A DNA stretch of 64,000 nucleotides from the human T2T-CHM13v2.0 reference genome, Homo sapiens, in NCBI RefSeq assembly GCF_009914755.1, contig NC_060942.1; one strand, written 5' to 3'. How positions within the stretch are numbered: the stretch's first letter is position 1; each line of letters starts with the position of its first letter. Under the pieces are notes generated by a model. The model was not told the origin of the DNA. It saw nothing but the letters and a program-made list of their open reading frames with translations, and ran no database searches. Of this stretch, positions 38,966 through 55,947 are shown piece by piece. The position numbers and the translations under genes are program-made.

Positions 38966-40094
38966 CACATTGATCATTTCTGGTTACGACCACTCAGGCA
39001 AAATGTTAGTACAGTACAAGAAATGGCAGGAGGTGGTGTCACATAACAGCCACCATTGGGAAGGCCAACCCAGGGGTATCCCGAGCACTTGGCAGAGCAC
39101 AGGATAGCTGGAGAGGAAGAGACTACTTGGGATGCCATATTGTACATATTTATACTGCCTGCCGCCTGCCCCCCTTCAGGTGAAAGTCAAACTGGAATAT
39201 TTAGATCTGTTCCTAGAGACTGGGGGAAATTCAGGAAACTGCCGAGCCTCCATTTCTTCATCAATAAGGTGAAGCAGAGTATTTGTTGCATGAGAAAACA
39301 TCCCTAAAGTTCTCTAAGGATTGATCCCTCCCTCCCTTTCTCCTTCCTTCCTTCCTTCCCTCCCTTTCTTTCTTTCTCCCTTCTCTCCTCCCTCCCTCCT
39401 TCCTTCCCTCCTCCTCTCTCCCTTCCTTTCTTCCTTCCTTCCTTTCTTTGCTTCCTTCCTTCCATCCTTCCTCCCTCCCTCCCTTCCTTTCCTTCCCTTT
39501 CTTTCTTTTCTTCCTCCCTCCCTCCCTTCCTTTCCTTCCCTTTCTTTCCTTCTTTTCTTCCTTCCTTGGCCACTAGGTCTGGCGCTGAAAACTTATTTGT
39601 GCCCTAGGCCCAAAATTGAGTTCCTATCTGATCCCCAAGATCCAAACACTGTTGCCTAGATGGACCACCCGCATTACAGAAAGAATGAACTCCAAGTCGT
39701 TTAAGGATTGATCCCAAGATGTGGTCCCTTCTTTTTTCTTCAGTCCTGGTAACTGGGTCTCCATCTTTTATTCTGTCTTGAATGTCCGGCCAGCACTCAT
39801 CTAAAATTCCCTTGCTCTGCTCTTGTCATTCCCTGTTTTAGAAAGGAAGTCCTGTTTCTGACACCTGGATGGTGGCCCTGCTACCTGCCACACACTCCAG
39901 ATGTTGCTTGCCTGCCCTTTACCCTCCTGAGTACCGACTGCTCTTCTTCAGCTATCCCTGTGCTATGTCTAGTTCTCAGGATATCCCTGGGTTGGCCTTC
40001 CTGATGGTGATGGTTATGTGACTCCACCTGCTGCTATCTCTTGTACTGTGCTAACATTTTGCTCTAGTGATCATAACAAGAATTGAGCAAGTGT
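38966..40094. repeat. Non-Alu inverted repeat, ~150-bp arms (38966-39118 and 39941-40094)
   Basis: gcaaaatgttagtacagtacaaga...ggaaggccaacccaggg versus ccctgggttggccttcc...tcttgtactgtgctaacattttgc; about 80% identity by eye. Confidence 0.88.
39325..39570. repeat. CT-rich (CCTT/CCCT)n low-complexity tract
   Basis: Almost pure pyrimidine run. Confidence 0.95.
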
Positions 40095-40424
40095 TTCAGG
40101 ATTCCTAGGTCATAAGCTCCTTCACGTCAGGAACAGACTGTCAATCAGCATTTTATATCCAGGGTCTGAGTACTGGGCTCACCCAAAATAGATGTATGAA
40201 CTCTTGGCTTACGGATGGAAGAGTGCTGTGATTATTGTGTTCTCCCTAGGGCCCACACCTGGGTCTTTCATGCAAGAGTTCCCATGGGGTTCTGTTGTTC
40301 TGCTTAAGTAATGCTATAATCAGGCTTCTAGATACCACTATCAAAGCACTCAGTAGACAGGAATAAAACTCAGTGTGCTCATGGGCATTCGTTTATTTTA
40401 CAAATATTTACTGAGTGTTTGTTG

Positions 40425-40918
<494 letters not shown>

Positions 40919-40999
40919 TTGAGTGTTTTACTGTGTGTCAGGTTGTGCCAAGTATAACCTTCGTAAAATTATGTGTCCCCTGATAGCGGAATTGACTGG

Positions 41000-41425
41000 A
41001 GCAGGAGTTCTCAAACACCAGAATCAACAGGGGATTTTGTGCAGCTCTGAGGTGGGGGCCAAAATTCTGCATTTCCCGCAGATCCCTGCTGATGCTGAGG
41101 CTAACTGGCATAGACAGGATCAAAGTGCTCCTCATAGTGTGCTCTCTGGGACCAGGAGCTCCCTGGACCACCTGGGAGCATGTTAGAAATGCAGATTCTT
41201 AGGCCCCATACCTGAACTACTGCACTAGAAACTTGGCTATGGAGCCCAGCAAGCAAGCCGTCCTGTGATTCTGATGCACGCCGAGTGCGGGACCCCTGGT
41301 CTGGAGCTGGCCTCCTCAACCTGGGCTGTACGTTAGCATCGTCTGGGGGAGCTTTCAAACAATGCAGGCCTCCAACCCAGGCACAATGAATCACATCTCT
41401 GTAGGTGAGGTCTGCCATCAGAAAT
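41000..41425. mobile_element. MER5-type hAT/Charlie MITE fragments
   Basis: cacctgggagcatgttagaaatgcagattcttaggcccca...gtgattctgatgcacgc. Confidence 0.7.
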
Positions 41426-41716
41426 TTTTTTTAAAAGATAAGGTCTCCCTCTGTCCCGGGCTAGAGTGCAATGGTGAGATCAAACAAAGTAGCTCATTGC
41501 AGCCTCGAACTCGTGTGCTGAAGCTCCTGCCTTGACCTCCCAAGTAGCTGGGACCAGAGGCATGCACCACTATGCCCAGCTAATTATTTGATTTCTCTGT
41601 AGAGATGAGGTCTCACTATGTTGCCCAGGTTGGTCTCGAACTCTTGGGCTCAAGCAATCCTCCTGTCTTGGCCTCCCAAATTGCTGGGGTTACAGGAGTG
41701 AGCCACCCCACCTGGC
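41425..41716 (-). mobile_element. AluJ
   Basis: Diverged antisense dimer. Confidence 0.88.
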
Positions 41717-41862
41717 TGATTTTCTATTGTTTAAGTTGCCTGGTTTGTGGCACTTTGTTGTGGCAGCCCCAGGAAACTGACACAGCGCCCCTGTGTTTTG
41801 TTCCCAGAGCGCCCTGTTGTCACTCTGTGTTACTGCCTGTTGCTGTCTGCTTCTCCCAGCCC

Positions 41863-41933
41863 CTTCCTTCCTTCCTTCCTTCCTTCCTTCCTTCCTTCCT
41901 TCCTTCCTTCCTTCCTTCCTTTCTCTTTCTTTC

Positions 41934-41981
<48 letters not shown>

Positions 41982-42075
41982 TCCTTATTTCTCTTCTCTT
42001 CTCCTTCCTTCCTTCCCTTTCTCTCTCTTTCTCTCTCCTTTCTTCCTTCCTTCTCTCTTTCTTCTTTTTTTTTTT
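41863..42075. repeat. (CCTT)n(CTTT)n compound microsatellite at an Alu tail
   Basis: Direct tetranucleotide runs. Confidence 0.95.
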
Positions 42076-42377
42076 CTTGACAGAGTCTTGCTCTGTCACC
42101 CAGGCTGGAGTGCAATGGCTTGCTCTCAGCTCACTGCAACCTCTGCCTCCTGGTTCAAGCGATTCTCCTGCTCAGTCTCCTGAGTAGCTGGGACTACAGG
42201 TATATGCCACCGTGCCTGGCTAATTTTGTTTTTTTGTTTTGTTTTGCTTTTTGGTTTTTAGTGGGGATGGGATTTCACCATGTTGGCCAGGCTGGTCTTG
42301 AACTCCTGGCCTCAGGTGATCTGCCTGCCTCGGCCTCCCAAAGTGCTGGGATTACAGGTGTGAGCCACCACACCCAG
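42063..42377 (-). mobile_element. AluS
   Basis: Antisense dimer. Confidence 0.92.
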
Positions 42378-43018
42378 TCTAGCCCATTTCTTGAAAAGGG
42401 CTCCACCTTTCATTGCTACATCCCCAGCAACCAATTTAGGGCCCAGCAGAGGACAAACAGCTGCTGAGTAGCTAACGACTGGAAGGGGAAGAGGGTACCA
42501 TTTTGAGGAAGAGAAATACAGTTATTCTGTGAGGCTTCAGCAGGTGCCATCAGAACAACGTGGTGGATGTAGTGAAGACTGTTGAGTGCCGGCGAGTGCT
42601 CCATTTCACAGAGTCCTGACTCGGCTTACAAGCACCATGGCCCTGGGTAGATCCCATAGCCCTGCTGAGCCTCCATTTCCTCATCTGTCAAATGAAACAG
42701 ATGATCATTGCATGACGAGTCACTGTTAAACTTAATGCTTCGTCACTACAGAAGATCATAAAGGATGTAACCAGAGGCCTAAAGGATGTAACCAGTGAAC
42801 ACATGCTGCATTGGACACTGTTTTGGACAAACTTGGATGTTCAGGTCCATTTAGGATGTTCCAATACTAGGGGATACACACACATTCATGCGTGCACACA
42901 CACACACACACACACTCCAAAAGGTGATCATTCTCTAAATATGTTTTGGCAACATGTTTAAGTTTATTGAGATAGAATTCGTATACCATAAAACTCACCC
43001 CTTTAAAGTGTGCAATTC

Positions 43019-43305
43019 AGCTAGGTGCAGTGGCTCATGCATGTAATCCCAGCACTTTGGGAGGCTGAAGCGGGCAGATCATGAAGTCAGGAGTTCGAGA
43101 ACAGCCTGTTCCAACATGGAAAAACCCCATCTCTGCTAAAAATACAAAAATTAGCTGGGCTTGGTGGCGCATGCCTGTAATCCCAGCTACTCAGGAGGCT
43201 GAGGCAAGAGAATCGCTTGAACCTGGGAGGTAGAATTGCAGTTAGCTGAGATCGTACCACTGCACTCCAACCTGGGTGACAGAGCGAGACTCTATCTCAA
43301 AAAGA
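43019..43305 (+). mobile_element. AluS
   Basis: Full dimer; aaagtgt(g/a)caattca flanks. Confidence 0.92.
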
Positions 43306-43351
43306 AACTAATTTTAAAAAGTGTACAATTCACTTTGTTGCTTTATGTATA

Positions 43352-43394
<43 letters not shown>

Positions 43395-44677
43395 CACATG
43401 GTTAGAAATAGTGTCCACAAGTAAGGGCTCTAAGGTGTAATAACAGCGATCTGAGTGTCTGAGAGGTGAAAGATTAGTGGTCTTATTTTTAATTTTATGC
43501 CTGCATTTTCCAGGCTTCTATGATGTAAATGTTCTGTTCATGTAATGACAAAGAGTTCTAAAAAATAATTCATATGACAGGAAAATAATCATGATTTATG
43601 TTCTAAGATTAAGGTAAAGAAAAGTAATATATAAAACAGCATATGCAGAGTGATATCAATTTGTAAAACACACATATACTCACACACATACACATAAATG
43701 CAAAGAAAAAAGGAAGGAAAACACAGCACTTGGTAAACTTAACAGAAAAGTTGAACGATGCAATTCCAGAAAGGAAAACATCACTAACTTCTTTCTTGAG
43801 CCAAATGGTTGAAATCTCTCAACAATTTTCTTATAACATGCATTCTTTTAATATACAAAAAAGACATCAACAAGTTTTGTTTTGTTTTACTACAGGATGG
43901 TGGGGTTAGTTGAGACTTATTTTCTTTTGATATCTTTCTGCATTTTCTGACTCAAGTGAGGATCTTTTATTTTTAAATTTATTTATTTATTATATTTTAA
44001 AGACAGGATACTGCTCTGTCACCCAGGCTGGAGTGCAGTGGTGCCATCCTAGCTCAATACAGCTTGGAACTCCTATGCTCAAGTGATCCTCCCACCTTAG
44101 CTTCCTGAGTAGCTGAGACTTCAGGTACGTCGTGCCCCACTCCTGGCTAAAACTCCTCCTGTTTCAGGACTCCTGAGGCAACTGGTTTTGCGTCTCAGAA
44201 GGGATCACCCTCACTAGTGTATGTCTTTCACCTTTCATCAGCCACTTCCCCTCTCTTGCCAACGCGATGGCAGAAACCATTTCTGTCCCTGTGAACTGGG
44301 CTCTTTTCCCCAGGTAGCCACAGATGAACATGAGTTGGATGAAACCAGGAATATAGCGTAGACCCCTCTGTAGACTCCTCAGTGTCATCAAGGCAGGGGC
44401 TGAAGCTGTCCCCACTTTGCAGTTTCCCCTTTCCCCTCATCACAGGGGACTGTGGCATCCGCAGGGGGTGACAGAAATCCCCTCAAGGAAAAGAGTAAAC
44501 CAGGTCAACCATATCAGAGGAAAGGGTCTGTATGTGTAGATTCTGGAAGGTTGACAGGGGAACTGTGAATTCAGGTTCCTTTCAAAGGCAGTGGTTTGGG
44601 TGAGGTGAGCCTGCGGGGATTTTGCAGCAAATAGTTCTAGTATATTGTTCCCAGCACCACAATCTTCAAAAAGCAAT

Positions 44678-44975
44678 ACCTGGTTGGATGTAGTGGCTCA
44701 TGCCTGTAATCCCAGCACTTTGGGAGGCCAAGGCAGGCAGATCACTTAAGGTCAGGAGTTCGAGACCAGCCTGGCCAACATGTTGAAACCCTGTCTCTAC
44801 TAAAAATACAAAAATTAGCCAAGCCTAGTGGCGCACACCTGTAATCCCAGCTACTTGGGAGGAAGAGGCATGAGAATCACTTGAACCCAGGAGGCGGAGG
44901 CTTCAGTGAGCCGAGATCGTGCCATTGCACTCCAACCTGGGCGACAGAGCAAGACTCCATTTCAATTAAAAAAGA
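44678..44975 (+). mobile_element. AluS
   Basis: Full dimer. Confidence 0.92.
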
Positions 44976-45350
44976 AATGCAATAGCTGACAATTGCTTAA
45001 TATGCAACCATTGCAGAGAAGGTGACCTGGGTGAAGGGTACAGAGAAGCTCTCTGTAGTACTTTTGCAACTTCCTATGGATCTATAATTATTTCAAGATA
45101 GTTTAAAAAAAAAAAAAAACAGGTGCTGGGTGCACTTTGCCAAACTCTGATATAGGTCATTATTTTGGACTCTATGCTGAAAACAAGAGAGACACAAAAG
45201 CGTCTGTGTGCACTGGGCATCTGGATGTGTTTCTACTGTGCTCTTTTCACCCTATCTTCTGCCAGCATCTCTCTATCACCCTACAAGACGGCTGATTGAT
45301 ATAGGCTGTGCCATTAAGTTGCGGAGGATGAAGTCCTGTCACAGAAATAA

Positions 45351-45662
<312 letters not shown>

Positions 45663-45829
45663 AGAAGCCAGACTTTCTAAAGTCCAGGAGAAGAAAAAAG
45701 AACAACTCCCCTGCCATTCTTTAATTCATATTTTTGCAGGTGTTTTTGTTCCCCAATTGTTTTTTTTATGGGATTAATTTGTTTAGCAGCAAAGATTTTA
45801 TTTTTTTCAAAAAAAAAAATGGGGGGGTA

Positions 45830-46278
<449 letters not shown>

Positions 46279-46356
46279 TGATTCTGGAGACTGAAGAAGC
46301 TGGGAGATGCGGCATCTAAACAGCAACTGGTTTAAATGACATTAACTTTAGGCCCA

Positions 46357-46795
46357 TGTTGTGGGTTGAGTTGTGTCCCATCTGAATGATGGTGAAGGCC
46401 TAACCCCCAGCACCTGTGAATTTGACCTTACTTGGAAATAGGGTCTTTGTAGATGATGTTGTTCAGATGAGTCATTAGGGTGAGCCCTAATCCAAAGTGC
46501 CTGGTATCCTTATTAAAAGGGGTTCTTTAGACAAAGAGACAGGCACACACAGGGAGAAAAGCCACATGAGGAAGGAGACAGCTGTTGGAGTGATGCTTCT
46601 AGAATCCAAGAACACCCAGGATTGCCAGTAAAACACCAGAAGCTAGGCGAGAGGTATGAACAGGTTCTCCCTCACAACTCTCAGAAGGAAACAACCATGC
46701 CAGTACCTTGATTTTGGACTTCTAGCCTCCGGAGCTCTGAGACAATGCATTTCTATTACATGAAGCCACCCAACTGTAGCAGCTCTAGCATAAAT
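46357..46795 (+). mobile_element. MaLR solo LTR (MLT1C/D-like)
   Basis: tgttgtgggttgagttgtgtccc...ttggaaatagggtctttg...ttgattttggacttctagcctcc. Confidence 0.85.
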
Positions 46796-47005
46796 GAATA
46801 CAGCCTGGCCCACCTGGAAGCCCTTAGTAGACTTCCTTCCTTTATAAGACAGCACCATCATGATCTATGCCATCTGTCTTCCAGGACAGCTGTGAAAAAT
46901 AAAGTATTTCTTAAGCATGCATCATTTGAGGCATTGGGATAGTGAATAAGAAAGCATTTAATAAGAATAAAAGAGCAGAGCATAAGATATTACTATTTCC
47001 TTTTA

Positions 47006-47473
<468 letters not shown>

Positions 47474-48102
47474 TTATGTACTAAGTGCTTTATGTACACT
47501 ATGTGCATGATCTCAACACATACAGCTGCCCAGTGAGGTAAGTGCTGCTCTTATTCCTTCTTTAAGACAAAGGAAATTAGGATTAAGTAGTCTGTGCAAG
47601 GCTGCAGGGCTGTGTCATGGTTGAGGCATGATTTGAACCCTTGCCTCTGAGGACATTCTATTAACCTCTGTGAGTCTTGTTTCTCCAGCAGCTTAACAGC
47701 TATAGTTAGAAGAAATATGCAGCAGTAGCAATACTCTAAAAGTGGAATTTAAAAAAACAATCTATACACATTGTTATCAGTTCATAAATTAATCAAGGTT
47801 CCTGTGACTACACAGAGGGTGACGAGTAAACCCTTCTTCCTAGAAAGAGAGAGTTTTCCTGGATTAAATTATCTACTCTGTTTCAGGAGTGAATCACCCC
47901 AGGGTTAGGGATTTGAGGCTGAAGAGAGATAGCAGCTGAACATTTCTGGACTCTGGCAGAGACGGGTAGAAATGAGGTCATTCTAGATTCGAGATTATTT
48001 TAGATCTTTCTAGGGGCAGAGCTAAGAGACCAACACTCTTCTCAGGGATTCACTGAGGGAAGACCGAGGCCAGCCATGGGGTCTGATCAAAAGTTCCTTA
48101 CA

Positions 48103-48500
<398 letters not shown>

Positions 48501-49566
48501 TTACCTGTCTCAGAAGGACTAACTTTGAATTTCAGTTTGGAAATGCATGATTTTTCCCCTAACTTGACATCAATACTTGATTGTTTCAATTGCTTTTTAG
48601 AATTCCAAGGCAGGAGGCAGGCGGGGTGGGCAGCCAGCAGCCTTGTGGGTCACTGGCCTTCAACATGGTGTCAAGGGTCCAATGTCCAGGCTAAGGGGAG
48701 ATGGCCAACCAAGGACTTTGCTGTCACCGTGTAGGGCTGTGCAGGGACTTTAAGGACAAGAAATTCACCCTCCTCTCCTGAACTTTCCAGCACTGGCTGT
48801 TTTACTAGGTCATGCATTGAACTGAGTTTTCCTGACTGCAACCTCATCTTGTGCATCTCTAGCAACTTCGGAAAGGTGGTGTAATGTAAGGAAAGCTCCA
48901 AGGGCTTTGGAGACAAACCTGCCTTAACAGGTTAGACAAACCTAACCCCAAGGGCTTAGGAGACAAACCTCACAGCCATGTGCCCCTGCCACTCACAGTT
49001 ATGTGGTTTTAGGCAAATTGCCTAATTTCTTTTTCTTTTCCTTTCTTTTTTTTTTTTTTTGAGACGGAGTTCTGCTCTGTCGCCCAGGCTAGAGTGCAGT
49101 GGCGTGAACTTGGCTCACTGCAAGCTCCGCCTATAAAGTGGTTGGTAAATAGGTTTCCAGGTCCCGCTCAAGCAGAGCCAAGGTCCTAAAGAGGCAGTCA
49201 TTAGTGAAACAAAAAGAGGGGCCTGGTTATCTTGGAGACCCCACAGACATCTGGCAGAAGTAGTCAAGAAGAAGGTGGGACTTCTCCAGTCCCTGGGGCA
49301 CATTCAGACTTCTCCAGTGTAATTAGCCTCAGGACCAGGCCTTTCTGGCTGTAACCACAGTGCTTATTGGTGGCTGTGTTTATGTCTCCCCAGACGGTAG
49401 ACACAAACTTTCATTTGGCAAAAGGCAACCATTACCCCTAAATATACTAGTAAGAGTCTCCTCTTTGCATTGAGAAAGGAGGCATCCCCCACTTAAGCAC
49501 TCCCTTCCCAGTATCAAAAGGAAAGGGGTCAACAAGTGGTACTCTCCTTTAAAAAGTTTCAGACCT

Positions 49567-50200
49567 GGACCGGGGCAGTGGTTTAGGTCTCTAATCCCAG
49601 CACTTTGGGAGGCTCAGGCAGGAGGATCCCTTGAGCCCAGGAGTTAGAGACCAGCCTTGGTAACAGCAAGATCCCATCTCTACAAAAAATAAAAATTAAG
49701 GCCAGGTGTAGTGGCTCATGTCTGTAATACCAGCATTTTGGGAGGCCAAGGCAGATGGATCACTTGAGGTCAGGAGTTCGAGACCAGCCTGGCCAACATG
49801 GTGAAACCCCGTCTCTACTAAAAATACAAAAATTAGCCGGGCATGGTAGCACCCACCTGTAGTCCCAGCTACTCCAGAGGCTGAGCCAGGAGAATTGGTT
49901 GAACCCAGGAGGTGGAGATTGCAGTGGGCCAGGATTGTGCCAGTGTACTCCAGCATGGGTGACAGAGTGAGACCGTCTCAAAAAAAAAAAAAAAAAAAAA
50001 CAATCTGGGTGTGGTGGTGTGTGCCTGTAGTCTCTCAGCTACTCAGGAGGCTGAGGTGGGAGGATTGCTCGAGCTGGGAGGTTGAGGCTGCCATGAGCTA
50101 TGATCACACCACTGCACTCCAGCCTGAGTGACAGAGTGAGACCCTGCCCTCCACCCCCACCCTCCCCCAAAAAAAACCCAAAACCAAAAACCAAAAACCA
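49567..50200 (+). mobile_element. AluS nested in the linker of an AluJ
   Basis: Left arm, full Alu ~49700-50000, right arm. Confidence 0.88.
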
Positions 50201-50510
50201 GAACAACATAAACCTTTCAGACCCACAGAGGATTTTTAGAACAGTGAATATACTGTGTATACTATAATGGTGGATATATGCCATGATACATTTGTTCAAA
50301 CCGATAGAATACACAACACTAAGAGTGAACCCTCATGTAAGCTACGGTATTTGGGTTTTGATAAGGGCATGTGAATTCAGCCATTGTAACAAACGTGTCA
50401 TGCTGGTGCCCATAGGTGAGGCTGCATAGGTGGGGACAGAGGATGTGTAAAAGATCTTTGTACCTCCCTCTTAATTTTATGTTGAGCTTAAAACTGTTCT
50501 AAAAATACAA
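50200..50510 (+). mobile_element. L1MB/MC 3' UTR relic
   Basis: catttgttcaaaccgatagaatacacaacactaagagtgaaccct. Confidence 0.7.
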
Positions 50511-50511
50511 T

Positions 50512-50822
50512 CTTTTTTTTTTTTTTTTTTTTTTGAGACGGAGTCTCGCTCCGTCGCCCAGGCTGGAGTGCAGTGGTGGGATCTGCGTTCGCTACCAGCT
50601 CCGCCCCCCGGGTTCATTCCATTTTCCTGCCTCAGCCTCTCGAGTAGCTGGGACCACAGGCACTCGCCACCATGCCTGGCTAATTTGTTTTTTTTGTATT
50701 TTTAGTAAAGACGGAGTTTCACCGTGTTCGCCAGGATGGTCTCGATCTCCTGACCTCGTGATCCACCCGCCTCGGCCTCCCAAAGTGCTGGGATTACAGG
50801 CATGAGCCACCGTGCCTGGCCT
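50512..50822 (-). mobile_element. AluY
   Basis: caccgtgtt.gccaggatggtctcgatctcc; TSD aaaata(c/t)aatcttt. Confidence 0.92.
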
Positions 50823-51648
50823 TAAAAATATAATCTTTAAAAAAAAGTTTCAGACCTCCTCGAGGAAAGGAGGACAGATGTCAATTTTGTCCCCAGTTGC
50901 TGAATAAATGCCCTTTGCTAACTGTCTAAATCAGCTGGAAGCGATTTACACAAAGCCAGGAGTCTTTCTGCATATTCCAGGGACTCCTGGCTGCACCTGC
51001 AGCCATCTTTAGCAAAAGCTCATCTACATAACAATGCACCAAGGCCCGGGGAAGCTTCTGGGACTGTCGTTGTTCTGTTGTGTATTCACCTTCAGTTGTA
51101 TGGGAAGTGTTTTTCTATAAGGGCAAACACTTTGTTTACCACCTGGTAACAAACCTTCTGGTAAACAAAGTTTGCATCACAGATTGGATTACTCCCAGTC
51201 CCTGCTTTTCAAAACCAGCTCGGAAAGGGTGTACCTTATCTAGCAATGACTAATTGACTTTATGATACAAGTCTGAACAAAGGCCAAGGCAAGAGTTAAA
51301 AAATAATATGTCTGGCCAGGCACGGGGTTTATGCCTGTAATGCCAGCACTTTGGGAGGATGAAGTGAAAAAAAAAAAAGTCATTAAGTTTAAAAAAAAAG
51401 AAGGTGCAGGGAAAACACTATTTTAAAACAGTGCAAGTGAGATATAAGGCAGGTGAAAAGCCTAACCATGTGCTATTTATAAAGTGATTATGTGGCTATA
51501 CCATTGACGATGAATAAGGAGAACTTGAGAAACTATTGGTAAACATAGTTATTATTACCTAATCTTGTTCCTAGAAAAGCCAATGGAAGTTTAGACTCAA
51601 TATTCAGGTTTAAGTATAGAATTAAGCATCACGAAAATTCTGAAATTA

Positions 51649-51858
<210 letters not shown>

Positions 51859-52974
51859 TTAAAAGTCATAAAGGATGGGATAGTGGTTTGCTGCTTTCTG
51901 TGTAAGACAAGCTTATATTGGGGGATCATCCAAGTTTAGCATGCATTAACTCTTGATTTTACACTGCTAGTCCAAAAAAAGTCTTTATTTTCAATAATAC
52001 AGACTTCCACAGTCGCTCCCCTCACCTGTCCTGGAGTGCCCAGCTTTATATCCCTGCAGCCCCCTAACTTCTCACCCCAGCTAGTGAGTCACTCAGGGTC
52101 AGGCAGGCGTAATTAAGTGTGGTTAGTGTTTCCCTACATGCACAGACTTAAGTCTCTGGATCCAGAGAGTTTAAGACTCTATCCTCAGAGTGGCTTAGTA
52201 CTCACACTATGTAATTATGCTTTTCTATCCTAACTATGGCATAAAGAAATGAAGATGCCTTTCTCCTATGTTGCTTTAGAGAGAAATAGAGCTTTGTGGA
52301 GTGTTTCTAGAAGGTTCTACATGTCAACAGCAGCCAGCAGGCTTATCTGCTTTCCTACCATGCACCTCTGTCTCTTTCTCCTCATTCTCTTCCACTCCTT
52401 CTGCACTATCTTTCTTCCCCTTGACTTAACCTCATTGTTACATAAGACTGATCGCATTTGAGCATCACGGAAAAAATAGGAGGTGAAACAGAGGCCACAG
52501 AGGTTTGCATCTACCATCTGGGAAGACATAAACAGAAGATATAAATGTGCTTCCCTCATAACGACATAGTGATGCCAGCCACACTTTTGTATTAGTACTT
52601 GATTTGGTGAGATTGCCCTGTACTTCCAAGGTGGTGGAAGATCACGAGTCTTCCCTGAAAGGTTCCAAGCAGCATGGAGTGTTTTGTTTACCTAATTCTG
52701 TTTAGCATATATTATGTAGACTACTAGTAATAGTTCTAAGGTTCAGGAATAAGCAAAAAGACATCAGCCACGACCATTACACTCCAATCAATTTGCTGTT
52801 GCTGGTCACGGTCATAGTGGGGTTCGTAGAGGGGCTCTAGCAGGACCTGGAGTCACAGCAGGGATGCACCGAAATTCAGTAACTATAAAGGTGAATGGAT
52901 ATACATTGATTGCCATTCAGAAAGTTTTCCAACCATTCTACTATAATAATCAGATAATGTTAAGTAACAGTGTT

Positions 52975-53294
52975 ATTTTATTTATTTATTTATTTTTGAG
53001 ACGGAGTCTCGCTCTTGTCACCCACGCTGGAGGGCAGCGCATGATCTTGGCTCACTGCAACCTCCACCTCCCGGGTTCAAGTGATTCTCTTGCCTCAGCC
53101 TTCTGAGTAGCTGGGATTACAGGCACCTGCCACCACGCCCAGCTAATTTTTGTACTTTTAGTAGAGGCAGGGTTTCGCCATGTTGGCCAGGCTGGGTCTT
53201 GAACTCCTGACCTCAGGTGATCCGCCACAACCCCCCCCATCACCTCTGCCTCCCAAAGTGCTGGGATTACAGGTGTAGGCCACCGTGCTTGGCC
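52975..53294 (-). mobile_element. AluS
   Basis: TSD aagtaacagtgttatt. Confidence 0.93.
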
Positions 53295-54434
53295 AAGTAA
53301 CAGTGTTATTGGTAGGCTCATAACAAACAAAAAGTTCAGCAAATAATGACAAAGGTCAAATAGGGAGACTTATCTGGCATGAATATGTTGAGGCTATGTT
53401 CTTGTAGCAAGTGTGAAAAGGAGATATTTCCTGGTACAGCGGCCTAACATTGAGATAATGTGCCAACATCAATGGCAATGGGTACAGTGGGATGGGAAAC
53501 AGCATGTTCTTATTACCTATGTGTCCACATTCTAATAAAACATAGAAGTGCTAATGATGATGTCACACATAGCTAGGTGTCCCTGTGAGAGTCCAGACCT
53601 TGGAAACAGTGAGATGCAAAATCCCAAGTCTTGAGACTTTGAGCATTGTAGGCAAGGCTTACATATGAAAATAATTTGTTTTCTGTTTTGACCTGATTCC
53701 ATGGTGAGTAGAATACACTGGTCTCTGATTGCTGGTGGTGGGGGTGAGGGGAGAGGGTGTAATTTGGAGCCAAAATATCTTTATGATCCTAGAGCTCTGA
53801 CTTAAGGGAAAAAACACATTTCTATTACATTGCACAGTATTTTATGTGTTTAATTCTCTGTTCTCATCCAAGCATCACATGGGTAAATCAAACAAGAGAC
53901 ACAATGCACTCTCTCAGTCTACAGCAATCTCCAAGTGTGCCCCAAGAGCATGTTATAAAGTATCATAGGCTTGGAGAGCCCCCAAGACCTCTGGGTTCTC
54001 TCCCCTTCTTTCTAGCCCCTCTTCTCCTCAGTCTGTTTTCCCAGGCTGTTTTTGGCATGAGCCCACTGGACTCATACACCTGAAGACACCATCAATAGAT
54101 GAATATTAACATGAGAATGAGACATGCTTTGTGCTTGCTTGTTTTGCTGTTTGTGGACTTGCTTTGTCTTGCTATTTAGCATAAACTCCTTGGAAAGTTT
54201 TCTCTACCCAGCACCACCCCCTCACACCCCCTTCGTGTTTACCTCTGGGCAACAGCTAAAATTGCACAATCTCAGCGATTATCTCCAGACTATCAAATAC
54301 AGTTTGGAATACAATTCAAAATATTTGCAACAGATACAATTTAAAAAGGGTCCATATCCTTCACATTCTTCTTCTGGATCTTGTTCTAAATGTATATGAA
54401 AATATGACAAACTCTTGCAAATTCATTTTTTTTA

Positions 54435-55082
<648 letters not shown>

Positions 55083-55159
55083 TCATTTGTTATATAAAAA
55101 TGTAACAAGTAAATATGTAACAAAGTAATGATGTAGTGGTAGAAAACAGGCATTTGTGG

Positions 55160-55449
55160 TTTTTCTTTGAGACAGTCCTCACTCTGTCACCCTTGGCTAG
55201 AGTACAGTGGCCAATCATAGTTTACTGCAGCCTCAACCTTCTGGGCTCAAGTGATCCAGCCCCACTCAGCCTCCTTAATAGCTGAGACTACAGAAGAACA
55301 CCATTACACCTGGCTAATTTTTTAATTTTGTAGAGATGAGGTCTCACTATGTTGTCCAGGCTAATCTTAAACTCCTGGCCTCAAGTGATCCTCCTGCCTT
55401 GGCCTCCCAAAGTGTTGGGATTACAGGCGTGAGCCACCATGCCCAGGCC
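55160..55449 (-). mobile_element. AluJ
   Basis: Antisense dimer. Confidence 0.9.
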
Positions 55450-55645
55450 AAAAGATTTTTACAAGCTTGATAGAGGTAGGACCTGCTTAGAATAGCACCA
55501 AGGCTAAAACTTATAAATGGAAAGAGACAAATTTGACTACCTAAAAAACTCTAAATGGCAAAAATATGAAGTTAAACACAAACATCAAGTTAGAGAAAAT
55601 AATTTTTGCATTGTGTATGAGAAACAAATGCTTAGAATTTATCTA

Positions 55646-55947
<302 letters not shown>

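Noticed and set aside
38676-39107. 143-aa non-Alu ORF overlapping the inverted-repeat arm
   Set aside because: Non-ATG start, no recognisable domain, and the paired arm carries indels
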